64,000 nucleotides of DNA, from NCBI GenBank assembly GCA_028699255.1, contig JAQVUX010000002.1, forward strand, positions 107,520 to 171,519, read 5' to 3'. Shown piece after piece: positions 9,600-19,140 of the stretch (position 1 is its first letter; the number at the start of each line of letters is the position of its first letter). This DNA comes from Candidatus Omnitrophota bacterium (lineage in GTDB: Bacteria; Omnitrophota; Gorgyraeia; 2-01-FULL-45-10). A model generated the notes under the pieces. The model was not told where the DNA came from and did not search any database. It worked only from the letters and a program-made list of their open reading frames with translations. A program made the position numbers and the translations under genes.

Positions 9600-10448
9600 A
9601 TGCTTACAAAAAATCAAATAAGAGAAATTTTTAAGCGATATGATTTCGCGCCGCTGAAACGGCTGGGCGAGAATTATCTTATCGATAGTAATATAAAGGA
9701 TAAAATAATTGCCGCGGCCGGTGTTTCCGCGAATGACACAGTTCTCGAAATAGGGCCTGGGCTCGGGGCGCTGACATCCGACCTTGCCAGCGCCGCAGAT
9801 TCGGTTATAGCCGTGGAGAAGGACGGTAAAGCGGTGGAGATACTCAGCGAAATCGCCGGATCGGAATTCCCGAATCTCAAGATCATAAACGGCGACATAC
9901 TGGAGTTTGATCTGAAATGCGTTGCCGGAAAGAAGTTGACGGTAGTAGGGAATCTGCCGTATTACATAACGACGCCGGTTATAGAATATCTCTTTACCAA
10001 CAAGCGCTTTGTAAAGTCAGCCGTGATCATGGTGCAGAAAGAGGTCGCACTGCGCCTCCTTGCGAAGCCGGGTACCCGGGATTACGGATCCTTAAGCTGT
10101 TTTGTCCAATACCATTCGCGTCCTGAGTATATTTACACCGTAAAACGCACATGCTTCTATCCGGCGCCCAAAGTCGACTCCGCGATATTGCGGCTCGAAA
10201 TACTGGACTCGCCTTCGGTCGATGTGGAGAGCGAGGAATTATTCTTTCGCGTAGTGCGCGGCTCGTTCAACCAGCGCCGCAAGTCGATCATTAACTCGCT
10301 TTCGCGCGAAGCCGTCCTGGATGTTTCCAAAGAAAAGCTGGCGGCCATCCTGAAGCGCGCCGGCATCGATCCTGCCGCCCGCCCCGAAACCCTATCCCTC
10401 GTCGATTTCGCAAAATTGACAAATGCCGCAGTATGTGGTAACTTATAA
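9600..10448 (+). CDS. rsmA: 16S rRNA (adenine1518/1519-N6)-dimethyltransferase
   Basis: LGENYLID, EIGPGLGALT SAM motif, NLPYYITTP. Confidence 0.85.
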   Translation: MLTKNQIREIFKRYDFAPLKRLGENYLIDSNIKDKIIAAAGVSANDTVLEIGPGLGALTSDLASAADSVIAVEKDGKAVEILSEIAGSEFPNLKIINGDILEFDLKCVAGKKLTVVGNLPYYITTPVIEYLFTNKRFVKSAVIMVQKEVALRLLAKPGTRDYGSLSCFVQYHSRPEYIYTVKRTCFYPAPKVDSAILRLEILDSPSVDVESEELFFRVVRGSFNQRRKSIINSLSREAVLDVSKEKLAAILKRAGIDPAARPETLSLVDFAKLTNAAVCGNL

Positions 10449-10465
10449 CAAATAAAGGGATTACA

Positions 10466-10765
10466 ATGAAAACGATAGACGCAAAAGTGGTGAAGCATGT
10501 TGCGCATCTTGGCCGCCTTGAATTGGACGATAAAGAGCTCGAGCTTTACAGCGGGCAACTGGCTTCTATTCTTACATATATAAGCAAATTAAATGAAATA
10601 GATACAAAAGATGTCGTTCCCACAAGCCATGCCCTGGCCACTCTCAAGAATGTATTCCGCAAAGACGTATTGCGACAATCCCTTACGCCTGATGAGGCCC
10701 TGGCTAACGCCCCGTCGCGAGATGACGATTTCTTCAAAGTTCCTCAGATAATAGAGGGCAAATAA
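10466..10765 (+). CDS. gatC: Asp/Glu-tRNA(Asn/Gln) amidotransferase subunit C
   Basis: 99-aa GatC-like protein heading the gatCAB operon. Confidence 0.85.
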   Translation: MKTIDAKVVKHVAHLGRLELDDKELELYSGQLASILTYISKLNEIDTKDVVPTSHALATLKNVFRKDVLRQSLTPDEALANAPSRDDDFFKVPQIIEGK

Positions 10766-12208
10766 GTGGAACAGTTTAATTCCCTCACGGCCCACAAATT
10801 AATCGAACTTATATCCAAAGGCGAAACTGTCCCGGCGGTGATCCTCGACCAGGTATTTTCCAGAATAGATACCGTAGATCCCAAAATCAAAGCGATAGTC
10901 CTTGCGAATAAAGACAAAGCGCGCAAGGCCGCCGCCTCTGCGAAAAAATCAGGACGCCTTGCCGGTATTCCGGTGCTCCTGAAAGATAATATCTGCGTTA
11001 AGGGCGAAGAGACGACATGCGCCTCCCGCATATTGAAAGGGTTTAAGCCGCCGTATAATGCGACGGTCGTAAAGAAGCTGGAGACCGAAGGTGCGGTGCT
11101 GATAGGCAAGGCCAATATGGACGAGTTCGCATTCGGCTCATCGTGCGAGACGTCGTGCTACGGCGCGACGAAGAATCCGTGGGATACCTCGCGCATCCCC
11201 GGCGGCTCCAGCGGCGGGTCCGCGGCCGCAGTCGCGGCAGACGAGACGATACTGGCGCTCGGCTCCGATACCGGCGGATCCATTCGCCAGCCGGCCGCGC
11301 TTTGCGGTGTCGTCGGACTGAAGCCGACTTACGGGAGAGTTTCGCGTTACGGACTCATCGCTTTCGCCTCATCGCTCGATCAGATAGGCCCGATCACCAA
11401 GGATGTCGAGGACGCGGCACTCCTCCTCGGCGCCATCGCCGGACACGACGAGATGGATTCCACCTCTGTTGATTTGCCGGTTCCCGACTACACGCGTTCG
11501 CTCGTAAAAGATGTTAAGGGGCTACGTATCGGCGTGCCCAAAGAATATTTCATCGAAGGGCTCAATAAAGAAGTTGCCGCCGGCGTTAACGCCGCCATAG
11601 AATTGCTTAAATCGCTGGGCGCGAAGATAGAAAAGATAACACTTCCGCACACCGAATACGCCGTCAGCACATACTACATAGTCGCGACCGCCGAGGCGAG
11701 CTCTAACCTCGCCAGGTTCGATGGCGTCCAGTACGGATTACGTTCCGCGGATCACGGCGACATGGTCGATATGTACATAAAGACGCGCTCTCAGGGTTTT
11801 GGCAATGAAGCTAAGAGGCGCATATTGCTCGGCACGTATTGCCTCTCGACCGGATATTACGACGCTTATTACCTTAAGGCGCAGAAAGTCAGGACCAGGA
11901 TACGCGAGGACTTCGACAATGCTTTCCGGACATGCGATTGCATAATCACGCCGACTTCTCCGACGCCGGCATTTAAAATAGGCGAGAAGACGGGCGATCC
12001 TTTGAGCATGTACCTTTCCGACATTTACACGATCCCCGCGAACCTCGCGGGACTGCCTGCGATGTCAGTGCCGTGCGGATTTTCCAAAAATGGTTTGCCG
12101 ATAGGATTACAGATACTCGCAAAGCCGTTTGATGAAGAGACGATATTCAGGACAGCGTATACGTTCGAGCAGAATACCGACTATCACAATCGAAAGCCGA
12201 AAATATGA
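10766..12208 (+). CDS. gatA: Glu-tRNA(Gln) amidotransferase subunit A
   Basis: Amidase signature [24 protein letters not shown]. Confidence 0.9.
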   Translation: MEQFNSLTAHKLIELISKGETVPAVILDQVFSRIDTVDPKIKAIVLANKDKARKAAASAKKSGRLAGIPVLLKDNICVKGEETTCASRILKGFKPPYNATVVKKLETEGAVLIGKANMDEFAFGSSCETSCYGATKNPWDTSRIPGGSSGGSAAAVAADETILALGSDTGGSIRQPAALCGVVGLKPTYGRVSRYGLIAFASSLDQIGPITKDVEDAALLLGAIAGHDEMDSTSVDLPVPDYTRSLVKDVKGLRIGVPKEYFIEGLNKEVAAGVNAAIELLKSLGAKIEKITLPHTEYAVSTYYIVATAEASSNLARFDGVQYGLRSADHGDMVDMYIKTRSQGFGNEAKRRILLGTYCLSTGYYDAYYLKAQKVRTRIREDFDNAFRTCDCIITPTSPTPAFKIGEKTGDPLSMYLSDIYTIPANLAGLPAMSVPCGFSKNGLPIGLQILAKPFDEETIFRTAYTFEQNTDYHNRKPKI

Positions 12209-13623
12209 GTTACGAGACCGTCATAGGGCTGGAAGTCCATTTACAACTTGCCACGAAGACAAAAGCCTTCTGCGGCTGTTCGACGAAGTTCGGCGCCAGG
12301 GCTAATTCTCAGGTCTGTCCCGTATGTCTCGGCTTTCCGGGAAGCTTGCCCGTCCTGAACGAGGAAGCGTTCCGTTTCGCGATAAAGGTCGCGCTGGCGC
12401 TCAACTGCAAAATACAATCGCTTATAAAATTCGACAGAAAGAATTATTACTATCCCGACCTGCCGAAAAATTTCCAGATATCGCAATATGATATGCCGCT
12501 CTCGTATGATGGATTCATTGATATTGCGGCAAAAAAGATACGAATAAAACGCGTTCATATGGAAGAGGATGCCGGGAAATTGATGCATCCCGAGGGAGAA
12601 TCTTACAGTTTGGTCGACTACAACCGCGGCGGCATGCCGCTTTTGGAAATAGTGACGGAGCCGGATTTAAATTCGCCGCAGGAAGCGTACGATTATCTTA
12701 CAAAACTCAAATCGATACTCGAGTATCTAAGGGTTTCCGATTGCGATATGGAGAAGGGCTCGCTTCGCTGCGACGCGAATATATCGATACGGCCGCAGGG
12801 CGAGACGAAACTTGGGACGAAGGTGGAGCTTAAGAATATGAATTCGTTCAGAGGCGTGCGCTCCGCCCTCGAATACGAGGAGAAGCGCCAGGCGTCGGTT
12901 CTCGACGAGAAAGGCAAACTCATCCAGGAGACGAGATTATGGGATACCGGCAGATGCGTTACCGCGTCGATGAGGGTGAAGGAAGAGGCTGAGGACTACC
13001 GGTATTTTCCCGAGCCCGATCTCGTGCCTTTCGTTGTGGACAGAAATCAGATCGAGGAGGTAAGGAGCGCTCTGCCTGAACTTCCGGAAGCGAGATCGCT
13101 GAGATTCAAAGAAAAATTAGGGCTTTCGGATTACGATGCCGGTGTTTTGACCGGACAGGTCGATGTCGCCGATTATTTCGAAGAATGCCTTAAACTTTAC
13201 CCGAATGCCAAAGTAGCGGCGAACTGGATAATGGGTGACGTTATGGCCGCCGTCAACACTCGCAATATAAATATCAGGGAACTGGCCCTTACGCCCATAG
13301 CGCTCGTCGGGCTCCTTAAGATGATCGACTCGGGAGCTATAAACGGCAAGATGGCCAAGGACGTTTTAATCGAGGCGATCGAAACGAAGGCAAGTCCGGA
13401 CGAGATAGTCCGGAAGAAGGGGCTGTCTCAAATAAGCGATTCGTCCCAGATCGAGGAGGCCGTGAAGAAGGTTTTACAGAAAGAGATAAAATCCGTAGAT
13501 GATTATAAAGCCGGCAAGAAAGCGGCCCTCGGATTCCTCGTTGGACAGGTCATGAAAGAAACTAAGGGCAAAGCAAATCCCGCGATGGTGAATGCGACAT
13601 TAAAGAAGATTCTTGGAGAATAG
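12205..13623 (+). CDS. gatB: Asp/Glu-tRNA amidotransferase subunit B
   Basis: GatB N-terminus [15 protein letters not shown] and C-terminal YqeY-like domain. Confidence 0.9.
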   Translation: MSYETVIGLEVHLQLATKTKAFCGCSTKFGARANSQVCPVCLGFPGSLPVLNEEAFRFAIKVALALNCKIQSLIKFDRKNYYYPDLPKNFQISQYDMPLSYDGFIDIAAKKIRIKRVHMEEDAGKLMHPEGESYSLVDYNRGGMPLLEIVTEPDLNSPQEAYDYLTKLKSILEYLRVSDCDMEKGSLRCDANISIRPQGETKLGTKVELKNMNSFRGVRSALEYEEKRQASVLDEKGKLIQETRLWDTGRCVTASMRVKEEAEDYRYFPEPDLVPFVVDRNQIEEVRSALPELPEARSLRFKEKLGLSDYDAGVLTGQVDVADYFEECLKLYPNAKVAANWIMGDVMAAVNTRNINIRELALTPIALVGLLKMIDSGAINGKMAKDVLIEAIETKASPDEIVRKKGLSQISDSSQIEEAVKKVLQKEIKSVDDYKAGKKAALGFLVGQVMKETKGKANPAMVNATLKKILGE

Positions 13624-13627
13624 CGAG

Positions 13628-14860
13628 ATGAAGTGTCTGCGTAAAATAATTTTCGGTTCCATTCTTCTCCTCGCGATAGCGTCTACGGCGATAGCGGCCT
13701 CCGGGGATAAAACTCAGGAAGGAGACCTGTACAAGGAGCTTGAGTTGTTTGCCGACGCGGTCAGTTTCGTGAAAAGCGATTACGCCGAGGAGGTGGATTC
13801 AAAAAAGCTCATGTATGGGGCCATGCGGGGCATGCTTGCCAGCCTCGATGATTACAGCGAATTCATGGATCCGGAGGAATATGCGGAGCTAAAGTCCGAG
13901 ACGAAAGGCGAGTTCTGCGGCATCGGTATCGAGATATCGATGAAAGAAGGTATCGTTACCGTGATAACGCCGATACCGGGTACGCCTGCTGAAGCGGCAG
14001 GTATAAAGCCGGGCGACAAGGTGGTTAAAATAGACGGCAAGATAACCAAAGACATGACGCTGGACGAGTCCGTAAAGAAGATGCGCGGTAAACCCGGCAC
14101 TATTATAAAACTCACCATATGGCGCGAGAAGGACCGGAAGATATTGGATATATCGATTAAACGCGCTACGATAAAGATACAAAGTATACGGGAAGCCGAT
14201 TTTATCGACGGAAAGATCGGTTATATAAAACTTACGGATTTTCAGGATAATACGATTCGCGACCTGGATAAAACTCTTAAGAAATTTGAGACCAGCGGTA
14301 TGGATTCATTGATCCTCGACTTAAGGTATAACCCGGGCGGCACTCTCGATAGCGCCTTCGATGTCGCCGAAAGATTTCTTGCTAAAGACAAGGTTATCGT
14401 ATCGACTAAGTCCAGGGTGCCGGACCAGAATGAGACGTTTAAATCGAGCGGCAAGCATACGCATGCCGAGTACCCGCTCATCGTATTGGTGAATGAAGGC
14501 TCCGCGAGCGGCTCCGAGATCGTTGCCGGCGCCGTGCAGGACAATAAACGCGGCCTGATCCTGGGCGTGAGGACATACGGGAAGGCGTCCGTCCAGACGG
14601 TAATACCTATGAGGGACGGCTCGGCATTGAGGCTTACGACGGCTTCGTATTTAACGCCGTCGGGGAAAATGATAAAAGGACAGGGGATAACGCCGGATGT
14701 TGTTATAGAAGACCGCGAGGATAATAAAAAAGATCCGGATGCGGCGGAAGACCTGTTCTACGAAAAGCTCCCGGCCAAAGATCGGCTCAGAAAAGACGAT
14801 CAGCTTTTTGCGGCGGTCGGCCTGATGAAGGGTATAAAAGTTTATAATGGAGTTAAGTAA
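13628..14860 (+). CDS. ctpA: Carboxyl-terminal processing protease (S41) with PDZ
   Basis: Signal peptide, PDZ (GIKPGDKVVKIDG), S41 catalytic region (NEGSASGSEI..K). Confidence 0.85.
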   Translation: MKCLRKIIFGSILLLAIASTAIAASGDKTQEGDLYKELELFADAVSFVKSDYAEEVDSKKLMYGAMRGMLASLDDYSEFMDPEEYAELKSETKGEFCGIGIEISMKEGIVTVITPIPGTPAEAAGIKPGDKVVKIDGKITKDMTLDESVKKMRGKPGTIIKLTIWREKDRKILDISIKRATIKIQSIREADFIDGKIGYIKLTDFQDNTIRDLDKTLKKFETSGMDSLILDLRYNPGGTLDSAFDVAERFLAKDKVIVSTKSRVPDQNETFKSSGKHTHAEYPLIVLVNEGSASGSEIVAGAVQDNKRGLILGVRTYGKASVQTVIPMRDGSALRLTTASYLTPSGKMIKGQGITPDVVIEDREDNKKDPDAAEDLFYEKLPAKDRLRKDDQLFAAVGLMKGIKVYNGVK

Positions 14861-15727
14861 GTGAAACGCGAAAAGGTCATTTTAATATTATCGGTCGCTA
14901 TTCTGATCCTCGCGGCATTTTTTTTAGGGCAGAAGACGCAGATTTCCCGCGCGAAGAAATCCAGGGTTAAAGAGCGCCCGGCATATAACACTCAGCGCAC
15001 CGCAAAGAAAAAAGCGGCCGCGCCCGCGCAAGCGCTCCCGCCGGTGCCTGTAAAAAAATCATCGCGTCCCGCGAAGGTGGCCATAGTCATAGACGACTTT
15101 GGATATAATACGAATAACCTCGAAACGCTCTACTCTATAAAGCTACCGCTGACTTTCTCGATATTACCAGGTTTGCGCTGTTCGCGTGAAATAGCCGAAA
15201 GCGCCGCATCTCACGGTTACGAGACAATACTGCACCTGCCGCTGGCTTCTCACAGGAAGGATGTTAAAGAAGAGTCGGAGACGATCCGGCCGGGCGAGAA
15301 TAAGAAAGAAATTGCGGAGCGCCTGTCTAAGGACATAGATTCGGTTCCGGGGATATGCGGCGTATCGAATCATATGGGTTCGCTCGCTACCGAAGACAAA
15401 GTGTTAATGTCGGAGATATTTTATTATCTGAAGAAGAGTGGGTTTTATTATTTTGACAGCCTGACATCGGAGAAATCGGTATGCCGCGAAGCGGCCGCCG
15501 GTATACATATACGTTTTGCCAGACGGGATATGTTTCTCGATAATGAAAGCAGTGCGGAATACATAGAAAAACAGCTCGACATCCTGGAAAAACTTGCTTT
15601 TAAAAGAGGACGCGCCATAGCCATATGCCACGACAGGAAGAGTACAGCCGTTGTGCTGGCGAAAGTGATGCCGCGCATGGCCAGGGATGGAATAGAGTTC
15701 GTTTATCTTTCGGATATGGTGGACTGA
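14861..15727 (+). CDS. Divergent polysaccharide deacetylase family protein (YibQ-like)
   Basis: N-terminal TM, then VAIVIDDFGYN...NHMGS motif. Confidence 0.7.
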   Translation: MKREKVILILSVAILILAAFFLGQKTQISRAKKSRVKERPAYNTQRTAKKKAAAPAQALPPVPVKKSSRPAKVAIVIDDFGYNTNNLETLYSIKLPLTFSILPGLRCSREIAESAASHGYETILHLPLASHRKDVKEESETIRPGENKKEIAERLSKDIDSVPGICGVSNHMGSLATEDKVLMSEIFYYLKKSGFYYFDSLTSEKSVCREAAAGIHIRFARRDMFLDNESSAEYIEKQLDILEKLAFKRGRAIAICHDRKSTAVVLAKVMPRMARDGIEFVYLSDMVD

Positions 15728-15728
15728 T

Positions 15729-16754
15729 ATGCTTACCATGGGTTTTGAAACATCCTGCGACGAGACGAGCGTATCCGTTACCGAGGGCCACAGGGTTCTT
15801 TCTAATATAGTGTCGTCGAGCGTGCATATCCATAAAAAATATGGAGGCGTTATTCCCGAGATAGCTTCCAGATTTCATGTGGAGTATATAAACGAGGTTA
15901 TCAGGAAGGCTCTGGCGGATTCGGGCAAAAGCATGAAAGACATAAAGCTCATAGCGGTTACGAACGGGCCCGGGCTTGTAGGAGCGCTTTTGATCGGTAT
16001 ATCGATGGCCAAGGCCATAAGTTACGCGCTCAATAAGCCGATCGTGGGCGTCAATCATATCCTCGCCCATCTATACAGTTCGTTTTTGAATGAGAAGGAC
16101 AGGCCGCAGTTCCCGTTTATAGGGCTTGTGGTTTCGGGTGGGCATACGAATTTATTCTATTGCGAAGATATCGGCGTCCAGCGGCTTCTCGGGTCGACGC
16201 AGGATGATGCTGTGGGCGAGGCGTACGATAAAGTTGCGAAGATGCTCGGCCTTGGATATCCCGGAGGTCCGGCGATAGACCGGATGGCACGGCGATCGCG
16301 CCGGGGCGCCGCGATCTCGTTCCCGAGGAGCTATCTCGGAAAAGATTCGCTGGATTTCAGCTTTAGCGGCGTCAAGACGGCGGTTCTGTATTACGTAAAT
16401 AAGAAAAAGGCGGCAGACGGCGTTTTGCGCGATAAAGACGTGGCCGATATTTCTTACGCGTTTCAGGAAGCGGCGCTCGACTCTCTGGTCGAGAAAGTGG
16501 GCCGCGCGGCCGAAATTACCGGCGCCAGGCGCGTAGTTATCGGCGGAGGGGTTTCGGCCAATTCCCGGTTGAGAGAGAAGATGAAAGAGCTATCGGCATT
16601 TTCTTCTATGAAAATACACTTTCCTGAGTTAAAATATTGTATGGATAACGCGGCTATGATCGGTTATCTGGGCGAGGCCCTTTACAAAAGAGGCGTGCGC
16701 TCCGACCTTTACCTTTCGGCCGAACCCAACCTCGAGGTGGTCGATGTTAAATGA
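15729..16754 (+). CDS. tsaD: tRNA N6-adenosine threonylcarbamoyltransferase
   Basis: MGFETSCDETSVSV, HIxAH, Kae1/YgjD family. Confidence 0.9.
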   Translation: MLTMGFETSCDETSVSVTEGHRVLSNIVSSSVHIHKKYGGVIPEIASRFHVEYINEVIRKALADSGKSMKDIKLIAVTNGPGLVGALLIGISMAKAISYALNKPIVGVNHILAHLYSSFLNEKDRPQFPFIGLVVSGGHTNLFYCEDIGVQRLLGSTQDDAVGEAYDKVAKMLGLGYPGGPAIDRMARRSRRGAAISFPRSYLGKDSLDFSFSGVKTAVLYYVNKKKAADGVLRDKDVADISYAFQEAALDSLVEKVGRAAEITGARRVVIGGGVSANSRLREKMKELSAFSSMKIHFPELKYCMDNAAMIGYLGEALYKRGVRSDLYLSAEPNLEVVDVK

Positions 16755-17415
16755 GTGGAGCATACTTTTCCGTTTGGTGTTGGCCGCGATCTTAAGTGGT
16801 ATCATAGGTTTTGAACGCGAATTCCACGGTCGCGCCGCAGGTTTCCGGACGCACATACTTCTCTGTGTCGGTTCCACGCTTATAATGCTTACCTCGATGC
16901 ACATATTCGACATATATTCCGCCAAGACTGCCATCGATCCCGCGCGAATAGCCGCCGGTGTTATTACAGGTATCGGATTTCTCGGCGCCGGCACGATAAT
17001 GCATTCCAGATCCGCCGTCAGAGGGCTTACTACCGCCGCGAGCCTGTGGGTCGTGGCCGGGATAGGACTCGCGGTCGGCTCGGGTTTTTACTACGGCTCC
17101 ATTATCACCACCATCCTGACGATAGTTACGCTTATGTTCTTCTCGCGCCTGGAACACGCCATGATCCGCAAAGATTGGTACAGGACTATCACTATTGAAA
17201 CTAAAGACGGCGTCGAGCAATTAAAGGCGATCCGGGAAATAATTGCCGGCTGTAGATCGGAGATAACTGACTTCGAAGTCGAACGTGCGCCGGACAATGC
17301 CGGCATGATATTACAGATAGGCCTGAAACTTTATCAGCCGAGGCTCGCCGACCAGATAATCGAAGACCTTGGGCACTTGGACGGCGTAAAGCATGTGAAG
17401 TGGGAGTTGGAATAA
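16744..17415 (+). CDS. MgtC/SapB family membrane protein
   Basis: 4-5 TM helices followed by a MgtC C-terminal ACT-like domain. Confidence 0.75.
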   Translation: MLNEWSILFRLVLAAILSGIIGFEREFHGRAAGFRTHILLCVGSTLIMLTSMHIFDIYSAKTAIDPARIAAGVITGIGFLGAGTIMHSRSAVRGLTTAASLWVVAGIGLAVGSGFYYGSIITTILTIVTLMFFSRLEHAMIRKDWYRTITIETKDGVEQLKAIREIIAGCRSEITDFEVERAPDNAGMILQIGLKLYQPRLADQIIEDLGHLDGVKHVKWELE

Positions 17416-17431
17416 AAACAGGGGGTGGGGT

Positions 17432-17974
17432 ATGATGGGAAAGAGGGATAAGAAGCAGGAGGTCGAAAGGGTTTTGGATGTAGATGCCTCTATGCAGGGT
17501 TCGCTCTCCTTTAATGACCCTGTCAATCTGCGCATCAATGGAAAGTTCGACGGTCTGCTCAATACGAAGGGCAACCTGATGATAGGCGAGCACGCGTCGG
17601 TGAATGCCGATATAACGGGCGAGTCGATCATAGTGGCGGGCAAGGTTTCAGGGACTGTGCGGGCGCTGAAAGAGTTGAAGCTGATTTCCCCCGCATGCGT
17701 TACGGGTGAGATATCCACTCCGGTCTTAAGCATAGCCGAGGGCGCTATATTCGACGGTACCTGCAGGATGCTCGGCCGCGCACCGGCCGACGCGGCGGGC
17801 GCATATGGGGTTATGATGACGCCGGACGAGTTGGCGAAATATCTCGAGGTCGAGGTCGGAGTTATATCCGAGTGGGTTAATTCCGGTAAGATCCCCGGCA
17901 TGAAAGAGGGGGACACCTGGAGATTCGACCGCAACCGTATCGATGAGTGGGTCGCGGAAGGGAAGATAAAATAA
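17432..17974 (+). CDS. Bactofilin domain fused to C-terminal excisionase-type HTH (HTH_17)
   Basis: Bactofilin beta-helix repeats (INGKFDGLL..GNLMIGEHASV..) then ...LAKYLEVEVGVISEWVNSGKIPGMKEGDTWRFDRNRIDEWV. Confidence 0.7.
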   Translation: MMGKRDKKQEVERVLDVDASMQGSLSFNDPVNLRINGKFDGLLNTKGNLMIGEHASVNADITGESIIVAGKVSGTVRALKELKLISPACVTGEISTPVLSIAEGAIFDGTCRMLGRAPADAAGAYGVMMTPDELAKYLEVEVGVISEWVNSGKIPGMKEGDTWRFDRNRIDEWVAEGKIK

Positions 17975-17977
17975 ACT

Positions 17978-18379
17978 ATGCCTGAAAAATTACTGAGCAT
18001 TAAAGAAGTCTCGGATTATCTGAAGATACCCGAGGAAGAGGTGAAGCGTCTCGTCGATATCGGGGAGATACCCGCTTATCGTATAGGCGATACGTTCTTA
18101 CGATTCAGGAAAGAGCAGATAGACGCGATAAAATCCGATATCTCCGAGATCGAAGAGAAGGAGCCGGAGCACGTAAAGCCTGTTCTGGACGTAAAGGGTA
18201 AGCCCGCGCACACCTATACCCGGATGGAGCAGGAGATAAAACGCAAAGAGCCCTCTACCCGTCAATATGATTATACGTTTGTGGAAAGGGTTAGGGATTT
18301 TTTCTATTTCAACGATTTCTATATTATCTCATTCCTGTTGATAGCTTTTTTGATGTATCTTATCTTTAAAAAGGCCTAA
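17978..18379 (+). CDS. HTH_17 DNA-binding protein with C-terminal transmembrane anchor
   Basis: LLSIKEVSDYLKIPEEEVKRLVDIGEIPAYRIGDTFLRFRKEQIDA, then charged linker and TM (FYIISFLLIAFLMYLIF). Confidence 0.6.
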   Translation: MPEKLLSIKEVSDYLKIPEEEVKRLVDIGEIPAYRIGDTFLRFRKEQIDAIKSDISEIEEKEPEHVKPVLDVKGKPAHTYTRMEQEIKRKEPSTRQYDYTFVERVRDFFYFNDFYIISFLLIAFLMYLIFKKA

Positions 18380-18387
18380 GCCCTAAC

Positions 18388-19128
18388 ATGACAGACGATA
18401 TCTCGACGATGCTCAAGGCTTTTAAGGCGAACCGTATTTCGCATTCCAAAGTCCGTAAGGTATTAAAGGATCTACCTTATAAGGATATCGGTTTTGCCAA
18501 GATTGATAACCACCGGTGTTTGCGCAGAGGATTCCCGGAGGTCGTATTTGGTAAAGGCAAGACGGTTGCGCAGGTGGTCGCGATATCGCGTAAAATAATA
18601 GCGCACGACGGCATTCTTTTAGTAACACGCGCCGATGAAAAGGCGTTCCGGATACTTAAAAGATCATACCCCGGTATTAAATACGACGCTTCGGCGCGGA
18701 TAATAAGTTACAGGCGCGACAGGGCTGTGTTAAAAAATGGCACAGTACTTATAGTAACCGCCGGCACTGCCGACCTGCCTGTGGCCGCGGAAGCGAAGGC
18801 GACGCTCGAGATCATGGGCAACAGGACGGAGCTTCTCTGCGATGTGGGCGTTGCGGGTATTCATCGTATTTTAGGCAAGCAGGATATTTTACGAAAGGCG
18901 AACGTCATTATAGTGATAGCGGGTATGGAAGGGGCGCTGGCGAGTGTGGTTAGCGGGCTCGTAGCGCGGCCTGTTATCGCGGTACCGACGAGCGTCGGTT
19001 ACGGCGCTTCCTTCGAAGGGATAGCGCCTCTTTTAACGATGATGAATAGCTGTTCTCCGGGGGTCGCGGTCGTTAATATCGATAATGGTTTCGGCGCGGC
19101 GTATTTCGCGTCGCTGATAAATAATTAA
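18388..19128 (+). CDS. larB: Nickel-pincer nucleotide cofactor biosynthesis protein LarB (PurE-like carboxylase/hydrolase)
   Basis: PurE-like fold with LarB-type N-extension; adjacent to larC. Confidence 0.8.
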   Translation: MTDDISTMLKAFKANRISHSKVRKVLKDLPYKDIGFAKIDNHRCLRRGFPEVVFGKGKTVAQVVAISRKIIAHDGILLVTRADEKAFRILKRSYPGIKYDASARIISYRRDRAVLKNGTVLIVTAGTADLPVAAEAKATLEIMGNRTELLCDVGVAGIHRILGKQDILRKANVIIVIAGMEGALASVVSGLVARPVIAVPTSVGYGASFEGIAPLLTMMNSCSPGVAVVNIDNGFGAAYFASLINN

Positions 19129-19140
19129 AAAGATAATCTT

